Shown: piece after piece, positions 1 to 11,593 of the stretch
Position numbering within the stretch: the stretch's first letter is position 1
How the letters are laid out: the number at the start of each line of letters is the position of its first letter
NCBI GenBank assembly: GCA_023248155.1
Contig: JAHFFE010000001.1
Span: 314,603 to 378,602 of the forward strand
DNA from: Candidatus Omnitrophota bacterium
GTDB lineage: Bacteria; Omnitrophota; Gorgyraeia; 1-14-0-20-64-10
Direction: 5' to 3'
DNA: 64,000 bases
Notes under the pieces: model-generated
Databases searched by the model: none
Told to the model about the DNA's origin: nothing
The model's input: the letters and a program-made list of their open reading frames with translations, nothing else
Program-made: the position numbers and the translations under genes

Positions 1-60
1 CCGCCCGCCGGACCTGACCAGCAGTTTGAGCGCAGTACGGTTGCCGCCGAATTAATACGG

Positions 61-3000
61 GTGTTGGGGCTTCCTAACGGAGAAGGGTATCCGCTGTTTA
101 TTGCCTTGATGCAGAAGATGGCGTTGCTTACTACGCCACAGTACGGGAACTTGACGCCGCTTTTGGGTACCCAAACGGAGTGGGGCAATGATATACCGCC
201 CAGCGTTGTCACGGCTGATCTTTCCCGCATCTTCAGCGATCTGGTCCGGTTTCGTTGGGATTTAAAACCTAAATTGTATGACTGGCTGGTCCGTCTCGCG
301 TTATCGAAAGAACTGGACTCGGCCGCCATTCAACTGGCCGTCGATATTTTGCGCAGTGCCGAAGTCGGTGAGATTGTTTTGGTCGGTTTGCAATCGGCCT
401 ATTCTTCCAATACCGGCGGCATGGGACCCTATACGCTGGAGTTAACCCGCGGCCTGGCGAAAATGGGCATTAATGTCACGGTGATCGTTCCGATGTTTCA
501 GGAAAATAAAACAAAAATTTTGGCCGGACGATATCCGCGAGATACGGGCCGGTCGGTGACGGTGCCGTTTGTGGGAGGCGAGCAGGCGGTACTGCGTCTT
601 TACGAAGCCCGCTCAGAAGAAGGCGTCCGCGTAATCTATTTCGAGAACGACCGCTACTTCCAGAAACTTGCCAAGCGGCCGAACGAACCGGAAGGCGCCG
701 GGGTGTATGGTTCATCGGGTCCGTTTCAATTGAGGGTGGCGCGCGTACTGTCGCTGGGCGCTTTGCTGGCCATCCGGGAACTGCGCATCCATCCGAGTGT
801 TATCCAAACGAACGACGATCACTCGGGTCTTTTGGCGATGTACCTGCGGCAGGGTGAACGGGATGATGCCCATCCCGATACGCGCGGTGACGATGTCGAT
901 ATCAATATCCGGTTTTCGAACGATCCGTCATTGAATCAGACCCGTGTTGTTCATGTGATTCACGCGCTGACTGATGGGTACAACCTCGAGGTGAATGTCC
1001 CCACAGCACAGTGGCAGGATATTGTTCTGCATGATTTGGGCCGCGACTGGCATTTGCGTGATCTCGACAGCTTGAACCATCCGGCCTGGTCCAGCGGAAC
1101 TGAAAAGACAATCAGCCCGCTGCACGCGGCTATTGTCCACGCCGACGAAGTCCTTACCGTCAGCGGCGGGTTTTATAAGGACAGTTTGACTCAGCCCGGC
1201 CGGTTCCATGGGTTTACCTCCGTGTTGCAGTGGAAAGCCGAGCAGGGCGCCTATCATTTTGTTCCGAACGGCTTTGACACGATCGGGCTGCAAAGGCATT
1301 ATTTCCCGGAATTGCCGCAAACATTTCTTGAAATGGGCGTTGAGGCCGGCCGGCGTTGGTGGGCATGGCACCGCCTTTTCTATAATTTTGACGGCCAGGG
1401 AATACCGGTGGTTAATCGAGGCCTCGGGCTTGTGTCTCTTCGAAAGCGAGCGTTGCAAGAAGCGTTTAATTTCCCGCAGGATGGTCCCGGTGTCGACGCG
1501 TTTCTTTATTCCACGCTGGCGCGCGTGGAAGAGGTGAAAGGTCACCATCTTTTGACGGCGCCAATCTGGTCTGTGAATCATCCTGAAGAGATCAGTTATT
1601 ATCAGGGCGATCATCACGGTTATAAAGAAAAACCGTTTATGTTTGAAGGCCATAAGAATGAGCCGGTCTCGGATGAAAATCAGAAAAAACTGACGGCCTA
1701 CGCTCGTCGCCGGGGACTGGAAAGCTTGAGCGCGCTGGAAGTGGCGTTGATTTTAATGCCGAATCTACAAGTGCTGATCGCCGGTCCGGCCGATCTTTCG
1801 GCGAACAATCTCAACGGAGAAATCGCGCGTGATCTGCAAGCGATTCAACAGCGGTTCGCCGCAGATGAGCCGAGCCGCAGGCATTTTGCTTTTTATCCGC
1901 GGGGCGTTTACAAGGGACGCGATGCCGCCTATAACCTGATCTATACCGGCTCCACTGTTTTTGGCATGCCGTCCAAATCAGAATCGTTCGGACTGGCGGC
2001 GCTCGAGGCGATGGCCGGCGGCGTGCCGACGCTGCAAAGCAATCGCGGCGGGCTTCGGGATATGGCGGTTCATTTGCAGAGGATACAATCCGATTTTGAG
2101 ACCTACCACCCCATCTCATGGCTGATGCATTTGAGCCATTATTACGATGCTTATTACGGTGACCGTGATTTGTGGGATGAGTTCCGCTATTGGTCGGTGG
2201 CCGAACGCGATTTTCGCGGCCAGCCGCGCGGGTACCGGAATGTTTACCGGACGATGTGGCAGAGAGTGCTTCATGGCGGAACGATTCCCGACGCGCATGG
2301 CGAGTGGGATGTGGAGCTTCCGGTTTTTGAAATGTCCGCGGCAATCAACCGCTCTATCTCTGCCAGAAAATCACACTCCGCGGATGAATTGAAAGCAGCC
2401 GGGTTTTCCGTTCAGGACGCGAATAACGCGTTGGTTGTGGCGATCCGTGATTCGGTCCGGCCGGATTTTCTACATACGGTGATTGATCGTTTCTTGCCGA
2501 CGCTGGCCCGTATTCCGGACCCGAAGCTTCAGAGCGATTTGCTGAATAGAATAAATACTGCGATTGACAGCGCGGATATCGCCGGAAATTCAGATGCTAA
2601 AGGAAGATTGATTTGGGCCAAAACCAACTATTGGAAAGCGGTTGGTCAAGCCGGTGCGGAAGAATCGATTGCCGAGGCGCCGAAACAGACGCGCGCGGTG
2701 CTGGCCGAGTTCTCACCCAGCGCTATCAGCCGCCGGCAGATCCACATTTTTGATCCGATCAATGCCGATCTGGGACTTTTGGTCAGCGCCATTCAGAAAG
2801 ATCCCGTCGTGATTATCGCCGAAAATGAAACCCAGGAGCGGGCGATTCATCAATCCGGCTTTTTGGGAATGACTGTCAACCAGGAGTTATATCCTGATTT
2901 GCCGGCGGCGCGGGAAGCAGCTCTTGTACTGGTCAGGGATAACCTGGAATTTTCCGGTTTCTCGCCGTTTTATTACACGGCCGAGCAGCGCGCTTCCTGG

Positions 3001-3105
3001 AAAATCTGGCTGGCCGGTATTTTGGAACATTACGAAATTACCGCGTTAAGCCTTGATCAAGCGGCCCAGATCGTCGAATCACTTGCCACTCTTCAGTCCG
3101 CCTAA
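61..3105 (+). CDS. Large glycosyltransferase. The N-terminal ~500 aa is glycogen/starch-synthase-like (GT-B, GT5/GT4). The C-terminal ~500 aa is of unknown function. The frame is open to nt 1, so the true start may lie upstream of the window.
   Basis: GGMGPY glycine loop near the N-terminus typical of GlgA-type synthases. SKSESFGLAALEAMAGGVP (E-x7-E) motif of retaining GT-B enzymes. No in-frame stop between nt 1 and the GTG at 61. Confidence 0.6.
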   Translation: MLGLPNGEGYPLFIALMQKMALLTTPQYGNLTPLLGTQTEWGNDIPPSVVTADLSRIFSDLVRFRWDLKPKLYDWLVRLALSKELDSAAIQLAVDILRSAEVGEIVLVGLQSAYSSNTGGMGPYTLELTRGLAKMGINVTVIVPMFQENKTKILAGRYPRDTGRSVTVPFVGGEQAVLRLYEARSEEGVRVIYFENDRYFQKLAKRPNEPEGAGVYGSSGPFQLRVARVLSLGALLAIRELRIHPSVIQTNDDHSGLLAMYLRQGERDDAHPDTRGDDVDINIRFSNDPSLNQTRVVHVIHALTDGYNLEVNVPTAQWQDIVLHDLGRDWHLRDLDSLNHPAWSSGTEKTISPLHAAIVHADEVLTVSGGFYKDSLTQPGRFHGFTSVLQWKAEQGAYHFVPNGFDTIGLQRHYFPELPQTFLEMGVEAGRRWWAWHRLFYNFDGQGIPVVNRGLGLVSLRKRALQEAFNFPQDGPGVDAFLYSTLARVEEVKGHHLLTAPIWSVNHPEEISYYQGDHHGYKEKPFMFEGHKNEPVSDENQKKLTAYARRRGLESLSALEVALILMPNLQVLIAGPADLSANNLNGEIARDLQAIQQRFAADEPSRRHFAFYPRGVYKGRDAAYNLIYTGSTVFGMPSKSESFGLAALEAMAGGVPTLQSNRGGLRDMAVHLQRIQSDFETYHPISWLMHLSHYYDAYYGDRDLWDEFRYWSVAERDFRGQPRGYRNVYRTMWQRVLHGGTIPDAHGEWDVELPVFEMSAAINRSISARKSHSADELKAAGFSVQDANNALVVAIRDSVRPDFLHTVIDRFLPTLARIPDPKLQSDLLNRINTAIDSADIAGNSDAKGRLIWAKTNYWKAVGQAGAEESIAEAPKQTRAVLAEFSPSAISRRQIHIFDPINADLGLLVSAIQKDPVVIIAENETQERAIHQSGFLGMTVNQELYPDLPAAREAALVLVRDNLEFSGFSPFYYTAEQRASWKIWLAGILEHYEITALSLDQAAQIVESLATLQSA

Positions 3106-3152
3106 TTGTTCGAGCGCCGCACAGGGGTGTTGCTCCCGCACCGTTCGTCTCA

Positions 3153-3312
3153 GGCGTCTTCGGGTCCTGCCGCTCGGGGACACTCTCCGCCGTCCGTGCT
3201 CGCTTCGCTGCGCGCGTGGCGGCGAAGGCCTCTCCCGCCCGCGTCACCCGAAGACGCCTTAGCTATCAGTCGGAAGAGGCAGTTCGGGATATGGGGCAAG
3301 TGGACCTTGGCG
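3153..3312 (+). repeat. Intergenic repeat copy A. A ~106-nt hairpin (3153-3258) is followed by a conserved 27-nt block GGGATATGGGGCAAGTGGACCTTGGCG (3286-3312). A second copy lies at 57649-57797.
   Basis: 82 nt are identical between copies (3166-3245 vs 57659-57738). The closing stem is GGCGTCTTCGGGT/ACCCGAAGACGCC here versus CGCTTCGGGT/ACCCGAAGCG in copy B; the flanking stem positions differ but stay complementary. ORF-track ORFs inside it on both strands give the same spurious peptide. Confidence 0.7.
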
Positions 3313-3348
3313 TAGACGGCAAACGCCCTCATTTGTTACAATAAAAGG

Positions 3349-4344
3349 ATGGATCGTTTGACGCGCCAACGGGTTAAGGAAATTTTACAGCGGATGAGCC
3401 GCGCCCGCCTGATGGTCATCGGAGATTTGATCCTCGACGAATTTATCTGGGGAAAAGTCGATCGGATCTCGCCCGAGGCGCCCGTTCCGGTGGTTCGCGT
3501 TGAGCGCGAATCGTTGATGCCCGGCGGCGCGGCCAATGTCGCCAGCAATGTGCAAACGCTCGGCGGCACCGCCTGCCTCATCGGCCTTGTCGGCCAGGAC
3601 GACGGCGGCCGGCGCTTGAAAACGGAACTGACCGCGCTGGGCATTCCCACCGATTCCATCGTCACCGATCCCGATCGTCCGACCATTTCCAAAACGCGCG
3701 TCGTGGCCCATCATCAGCAAGTAGTGCGCATTGACCGCGAACAAGATGAAAAAGTCTCCGGCGCTGCATTACAAGCCATCCTCGAACAGATCCGTGAGCG
3801 GATCATGCAGGTCGATGGAATCATTATTGAAGATTACGGCAAGGGACTCATTCATCCGCAGCTGCTCAAGCCGGTCGTCGCGTTGGCCAAAAAACACAAA
3901 AAAATCATCACCGTCGACCCGAAAGAAGAGCACATCGCCTATTACCGCGGCGTGACGGCGCTCACCCCGAACCGCAGCGAAGCGGCGGCGGCTTCCGGAT
4001 GTCCGATTACCGATGACGTCAGTTTGAATCGTGCGGCCGGCATTCTGCTGAAGAAACTCAAGCCGGAACTTTTATTGGTGACGCTCAGCGAAGACGGCAT
4101 GGCTCTCTTTTTTGGAAACGGCAAGAAACCGGTGAGAATCCCAACGGTGGCGCGCGAAGTATTTGATGTGTCGGGTGCCGGCGACACCGTGATTGCCGCG
4201 TTTACGCTGGCACGCGCGGCGGGCGCTTCATTTTTGGAAGCGGCGCAATTAGCCAACGCGGCGGCCGGCGTGGTGGTTGGAAAAGTGGGAACGGCGACCT
4301 GTTCGCCGAAAGAACTGGAAGCGCGGATTTTTGGGAAAAGATAG
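3349..4344 (+). CDS. hldA: D-glycero-beta-D-manno-heptose-7-phosphate kinase (PfkB-family kinase domain of HldE/RfaE; kinase only, 331 aa)
   Basis: N-terminus LMVIGDLILDEFIWGKV...PGGAANVA and C-terminal DVSGAGDTVIAAF are typical of RfaE domain I. No adenylyltransferase domain follows. Confidence 0.8.
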   Translation: MDRLTRQRVKEILQRMSRARLMVIGDLILDEFIWGKVDRISPEAPVPVVRVERESLMPGGAANVASNVQTLGGTACLIGLVGQDDGGRRLKTELTALGIPTDSIVTDPDRPTISKTRVVAHHQQVVRIDREQDEKVSGAALQAILEQIRERIMQVDGIIIEDYGKGLIHPQLLKPVVALAKKHKKIITVDPKEEHIAYYRGVTALTPNRSEAAAASGCPITDDVSLNRAAGILLKKLKPELLLVTLSEDGMALFFGNGKKPVRIPTVAREVFDVSGAGDTVIAAFTLARAAGASFLEAAQLANAAAGVVVGKVGTATCSPKELEARIFGKR

Positions 4345-4368
4345 AACCATCATTACAAAACTGAGTGG

Positions 4369-4430
4369 TCATCCTGAGAGGGTAGTTGCTCAGGATCCTG
4401 AAAGATTCCGAGCAGGTGCGATCTCGGAAT
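4369..4430 (+). repeat. Tandem double-hairpin element copy 1. Hairpin 1 is ATCCTGAG-N10-CTCAGGAT (4371-4396); hairpin 2 is ATTCCGAG-N10-CTCGGAAT (4405-4430).
   Basis: Both stems are perfect 8-bp inverted repeats. A 27/30 identical copy of hairpin 1 lies at 22663-22690, followed by a different 8-bp-stem hairpin at the same spacing. Confidence 0.55.
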
Positions 4431-4444
4431 GACAGTCGGAGCGT

Positions 4445-7646
<3,202 letters not shown>

Positions 7647-7730
7647 CCGAAGAACAGAAACTTGCTGTGATTACCCCAATCCGGATAGTGTGCTCGCTGA
7701 GGACAATCGCTGAAATGAAAGGACGAGATT

Positions 7731-7763
7731 TTGTTAGACATTATGTCTAACAAATGTTATACT
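7731..7763 (+). promoter_or_regulatory. Promoter with overlapping palindromic operator for the TA operon
   Basis: 23-nt perfect palindrome TTGTTAGACAT-T-ATGTCTAACAA (7731-7753). It overlaps a -35-like TTAGAC, an 18-nt spacer and a -10 TATACT (7758-7763). SD GGAGGTG lies 6 nt upstream of the ATG at 7782. Confidence 0.6.
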
Positions 7764-7781
7764 TCTTTCGGAGGTGATTAA

Positions 7782-8012
7782 ATGAAAGCCGTGAATATCC
7801 GAGAACTCACGCACCACTTTTCCAGCTATCTTAGGGTTGTAAAGCGGGGTGGACGGATCGTAGTGATGGATCGAAGTTCGCCGGTGGCGGATATCGTTCC
7901 GCATAATGAAAATGTCCAAAAACCGGCATGGAAACGGCCCATTCAGAAAATCCGCGTAAAAGGGGAAACGCTTTCTCAAACAACCGTGCGACTCAGGGCT
8001 GAAGAAAGGTGA
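7782..8012 (+). CDS. Type II antitoxin, Phd/YefM-like (76 aa)
   Basis: Small protein immediately upstream of, and overlapping by 4 nt, a PIN-domain gene. N-terminal KAVNIRELTHHFSSYLRVVKRGGRIVV resembles Phd/YefM. Confidence 0.65.
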   Translation: MKAVNIRELTHHFSSYLRVVKRGGRIVVMDRSSPVADIVPHNENVQKPAWKRPIQKIRVKGETLSQTTVRLRAEER

Positions 8013-8425
8013 GGGCGTTTATTGATACTTCATCGCTTTTCAAAAAATATGTAGAGGAAAGCGGATCGGAAGAGATGGATAAAATGCTGGATAAAATTTC
8101 CGAAATCACGGTTTCGCCGACTGCTTGGGTTGAATTTAATTCGGTGGCTTCCCGATCCCTGCGCGAAAAAAGAATGACATCGCAAAATTTTTCGCAGTTG
8201 TTATCAGAGGCGAAAAGGGATTTTCAATCTTATTCCAAGGTGATTTGGAGCGAGACGTTGGAAACCATCGCAGCCGAGTTGACTCATCGTTGTTCTCTTT
8301 CCACGCTGGATGCGATTCAACTTGCGTCAGGGCTTCTTTCGAAGTCGGATCTTTTTGTGACATCAGATCAAAGATTGTTTAGCGAGGCGCGAAAAACCAT
8401 TAAAGCAGTGCGTTTTATCGGATGA
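8009..8425 (+). CDS. vapC: PIN-domain ribonuclease toxin (VapC-like, 138 aa)
   Basis: FIDTSSL N-terminus, LDAIQLASGL and FVTSDQRL acidic-residue motifs of PIN domains. Confidence 0.75.
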   Translation: MRAFIDTSSLFKKYVEESGSEEMDKMLDKISEITVSPTAWVEFNSVASRSLREKRMTSQNFSQLLSEAKRDFQSYSKVIWSETLETIAAELTHRCSLSTLDAIQLASGLLSKSDLFVTSDQRLFSEARKTIKAVRFIG

Positions 8426-9396
8426 AAAAAACCGTCTCTGCGCTGAACGAAGGCAAGCGCGTTTTGCGCGTCGAAGAAAAAGCAGTCGGCCTGCTGGCCC
8501 GCCGGCTGGATCGTTCGTTCGAGAAAGCGGTCGATCTGATGAGCCGTTGTTCCGGCCGGATCGTGCTGACCGGCATGGGCAAGCCCGGCTTCATCGGCCA
8601 GAAAATCTCGGCCACATTGTCATCGCTTGGAATTCCGTCGATCTGGCTGCACCCGGCCGAGGCCGCGCACGGCGATCTGGGCCGTGTGACGCCGCAGGAT
8701 GCTGTGGTAGCACTCTCGCATTCCGGCGAGACCGCCGAAATCATTCATTTACTTCCGGTCATCAAGCGTCTGGGCGCCAAAATTATCGCGATCACGGCCA
8801 ACCCGCGCTCGAAAATGGCGCAGCAGTCGGATGTGGTGCTCAACACGCACGCTACGAAAGAAGCGGTGTCGTGGGGACTGGTGCCGACGGCTTCCACAAC
8901 GGCGATGCTGGCGCTCGGTGACGCGCTGGCCGTTGTGCTGGCCGGCAAGCGCGGGTTCACGCAAAAAGATTTCGCGGTGCTGCATCCGGGCGGATCGCTG
9001 GGCAGAAAATTGACGTTGCGCGTCGAGGATTTGATGCGGCAGGGCAATAATAATCCGGTGGTCAAATCATCGGACCCGGTCAAAAAAGTTTTGCTGCGGA
9101 TTACGCGCGCGCGGGCCGGGTCGGCCAGCGTGGTCGATGCGCGCGGCCGGCTGCTCGGCATTTTTACCGACGGCGATTTGCGGCGCCACCTGAAAAACGA
9201 TTCGCAGATTTTAAGCCGCCGGGTTGCATCGGTGATGACGCGTAATCCGAAGTCGCTGCCGGTGGGGCATATGGCGGCCGAGGCGCTTAAATTATTACAG
9301 CAGTATCATATCGACGAAATTCCAATCGTGGATAAGAAGAAAAAACCGGTCGGCCTGCTGGATATCCAGGATCTCCTGAAGGCCGGCCTTGTTTAG
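8422..9396 (+). CDS. kdsD: Arabinose-5-phosphate isomerase (SIS + tandem CBS domains)
   Basis: GRIVLTGMGKPGFIGQKISATLSSLGIP SIS motif. C-terminal CBS pair. Genomic context with kdsC/lpt genes. Confidence 0.9.
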   Translation: MKKTVSALNEGKRVLRVEEKAVGLLARRLDRSFEKAVDLMSRCSGRIVLTGMGKPGFIGQKISATLSSLGIPSIWLHPAEAAHGDLGRVTPQDAVVALSHSGETAEIIHLLPVIKRLGAKIIAITANPRSKMAQQSDVVLNTHATKEAVSWGLVPTASTTAMLALGDALAVVLAGKRGFTQKDFAVLHPGGSLGRKLTLRVEDLMRQGNNNPVVKSSDPVKKVLLRITRARAGSASVVDARGRLLGIFTDGDLRRHLKNDSQILSRRVASVMTRNPKSLPVGHMAAEALKLLQQYHIDEIPIVDKKKKPVGLLDIQDLLKAGLV

Positions 9397-9406
9397 GAGC
9401 GTGACG

Positions 9407-9583
9407 ATGATGGTGCGCAAGTTAAAACCAAAAACGAAAGTTGCCGAAAAATCTGTTCCGCATGAATTGATCGCGCAGCGTGCCTATGAAAAATTCGTTC
9501 GCCGCGGCGGGCAGCATGGCCGGCACGCGCAGGACTGGCTGGAGGCCGAACGCGAACTGAAGTCCGAATGGTCCGAAGAATAA
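9407..9583 (+). CDS. Small DUF2934-like protein
   Basis: HAQDWLEAERELK motif. AGGAG RBS upstream of the ATG at 9407. The ORF-track TTG at 9389 is a less likely start. Confidence 0.5.
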   Translation: MMVRKLKPKTKVAEKSVPHELIAQRAYEKFVRRGGQHGRHAQDWLEAERELKSEWSEE

Positions 9584-10122
9584 AAAAAGAAACCGCCTCC
9601 GGCATTACGCGCCGCGCGCGGCGGATCCGTCTGCTGATTGTAGACGTTGACGGCGTGATGACCGACGGCAGGATGATCGTCGATTCCAACGGCACCGAAA
9701 TCAAACTGTTTGATGTCAAAGACGGGCTGGGGCTGGTTTTTGCCCGTCAGGCCGGTTTGAAAACCGCGATTATTACGGCGGAACGGACGCCGGTGGTTTC
9801 GAATCGGGCGCGCCGCCTTAAAATCGGATGGGTGGCCCAGGGCGCCAAAGATAAATCGGAGGCGCTGGACCGCTGCCTGAAATTTTTCCGGATGACCGAA
9901 GCGGAGACCGCTTACATCGGAGACGATCTTCTCGACGGGCCGGTGCTGGTTCGCGTCGGGCTTTCGGCGGCCGTGGCCGATGCGCGGCCTGAAATCAAAA
10001 ACTGCGTTCATTGGGTCGCGCGCGCGCGCGGCGGCCGCGGGGCTGTGCGCGAATTTACGGAATTGATCCTGCGCGCGCAGGGGAAATGGACGCCGATCGT
10101 GAAAAGGTATCTGCGGTCCTGA
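9568..10122 (+). CDS. kdsC: 3-deoxy-D-manno-octulosonate-8-phosphate phosphatase (HAD family)
   Basis: IRLLIVDVDGVMTDGRMIVDSNGTEIKLFDVKDGLG...YIGDDLLDGPVL motifs. Confidence 0.85.
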   Translation: MVRRIKKETASGITRRARRIRLLIVDVDGVMTDGRMIVDSNGTEIKLFDVKDGLGLVFARQAGLKTAIITAERTPVVSNRARRLKIGWVAQGAKDKSEALDRCLKFFRMTEAETAYIGDDLLDGPVLVRVGLSAAVADARPEIKNCVHWVARARGGRGAVREFTELILRAQGKWTPIVKRYLRS

Positions 10123-10619
10123 TGAGCAACGGCATCGCCGGAAAACATCGCCGCAACGGCGGATGGCTGCTGGCCATTTTGCTGCTGGCCTATTTTTTGC
10201 TGAAACTTCAGGCGTGGAACTATTCGCGCGGCGCGCAAGAGCTGGAGCGGGAACTGAACAGTCTGCGTCCCGCGCTTTCTTCGGTCGCGTTGCAGGAACA
10301 TTTGCAGAGTGACAAGCAGGAATATCTGCGCCTGTTTGAGCAAGTCCGCCGCAAGCGGGTTCCCGCCGAATCGATGTTCCGGCATTTTTCGCATACGCTT
10401 CCTCCGTCGATCGCGCTGCGCCAGTGCGTGCTGTTTTCCCCGTCGGAATTTTCCATTTCCGGCGATTTTTATCCGGGCATTCGTGAACCGGAAGAAGCGC
10501 TGATCACCTGGCTTTCGCCGTTTCAATCCGATGACATGCAAATCCGGATCCGGTCAATCGGTCCGTTGGCGGATGGTTCCAGCCGGTGGCGTTTTGAGCT
10601 CGAGGTGAAAAATGCTTGA
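10122..10619 (+). CDS. Hypothetical membrane-anchored coiled-coil protein (PilN-like topology). The start is inferred at the ATG overlapping the kdsC stop.
   Basis: Short basic N-terminus, one TM helix (WLLAILLLAYFLL), then a coiled-coil. The ORF-track start at 10011 overlaps kdsC and is implausible. Confidence 0.4.
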   Translation: MSNGIAGKHRRNGGWLLAILLLAYFLLKLQAWNYSRGAQELERELNSLRPALSSVALQEHLQSDKQEYLRLFEQVRRKRVPAESMFRHFSHTLPPSIALRQCVLFSPSEFSISGDFYPGIREPEEALITWLSPFQSDDMQIRIRSIGPLADGSSRWRFELEVKNA

Positions 10620-11523
10620 GCTGGGCCATCGCGAAAAACATCTTTTGGGCGCGGTCTGGCTTCAGGTGGCGTTGATCGGATTGATTGTTTTTGCTTATAC
10701 GCAGGCGGTCCGCCAGCTCAATTACCAAAAAGAACGGCAAATCCGTTTGCAGGAACAGCTGGTGATGGCGCGCGAACAGGTTTCCAAGCAGGCTGCTGCG
10801 CCACAGAATCTGGAAGCGCTTCAGGATGAAGTTTCCGATTTGCGCAGCCAGATGAGTCTGCTCGAAGAATTGCCGGAGATTGGCCGGCGCGTGAAAGAGT
10901 TGGGTGAGAAAAAATACGGGCTTTCGATGTTGCGCATGAAAGAAGGCGACAGCCCCGTCGGGACGCTCGATTTTCCGCTGCAGGACCGGCAGAACCAGCG
11001 TATTGATCTCTATCTGCTTGATTGCTGGGGCAAGGGAAGCAGCCGGCAGATTGCCCGGTTCCTGGCGCATCTGAATCATGTGAAGTTCCGTCCGTTAATG
11101 GCGCTGGTTTCGTTGAATTGCAGCGGCTCCGAGGAGAAATCGGAACCGCTCGTCGAATTTACGGCGCAATGGGTCGTTCCGATCTCGTCCGATGCCTCTG
11201 AACGAAAACCACAAACCCCTTTTGAGGACGAAATTTCACTGGAATGGTTTGACCGGCTGGAACCGTTTCGTTCTCCTTTTCAGGATCCTTCGGCTTTTGC
11301 TCAGGATTTGGCCGGTTTTCCGCGCTGGACCGGTCTTCAGCTGCAGGGCGAAATTCCGCTGGCCGAATTGAACAGCCGCTGGGTCAAGCCGGGGGACCGG
11401 CTGGAGGACTGGCGTATCCTCTATATAGGGAAGGAAGGAATATTATTTCAAACTTCGGAAGGCAAAGAACGGTTTCTTCCGGCTTCTGCAATGGCTGTCC
11501 CCGCTTCATCTCAAATTAGTTAG
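10612..11523 (+). CDS. Hypothetical membrane-anchored coiled-coil protein (PilO/GspM-like topology)
   Basis: N-terminal TM (VWLQVALIGLIVFAY) followed by a long coiled-coil. 8-nt overlap with the upstream gene. Confidence 0.4.
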   Translation: MLELGHREKHLLGAVWLQVALIGLIVFAYTQAVRQLNYQKERQIRLQEQLVMAREQVSKQAAAPQNLEALQDEVSDLRSQMSLLEELPEIGRRVKELGEKKYGLSMLRMKEGDSPVGTLDFPLQDRQNQRIDLYLLDCWGKGSSRQIARFLAHLNHVKFRPLMALVSLNCSGSEEKSEPLVEFTAQWVVPISSDASERKPQTPFEDEISLEWFDRLEPFRSPFQDPSAFAQDLAGFPRWTGLQLQGEIPLAELNSRWVKPGDRLEDWRILYIGKEGILFQTSEGKERFLPASAMAVPASSQIS

Positions 11524-11593
11524 TCGAGACACAATCCTATAGTCCTCTTTTCGTTGACATTTAAGGCAGGTCTGTTAGAGTGAGCTTTCCCTT

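Noticed and set aside
928-1653. 241-aa minus-strand ORF inside the glycosyltransferase gene
   Set aside because: Antisense shadow ORF in GC-rich coding DNA. No motifs. It fully overlaps a well-supported + strand gene.
3038-3332. Four overlapping 60-69-aa ORFs on both strands at 3038-3332. The same peptide recurs at 57637-57906.
   Set aside because: They lie inside the duplicated structured intergenic element. The identical translation in two places reflects the DNA repeat, not genes.
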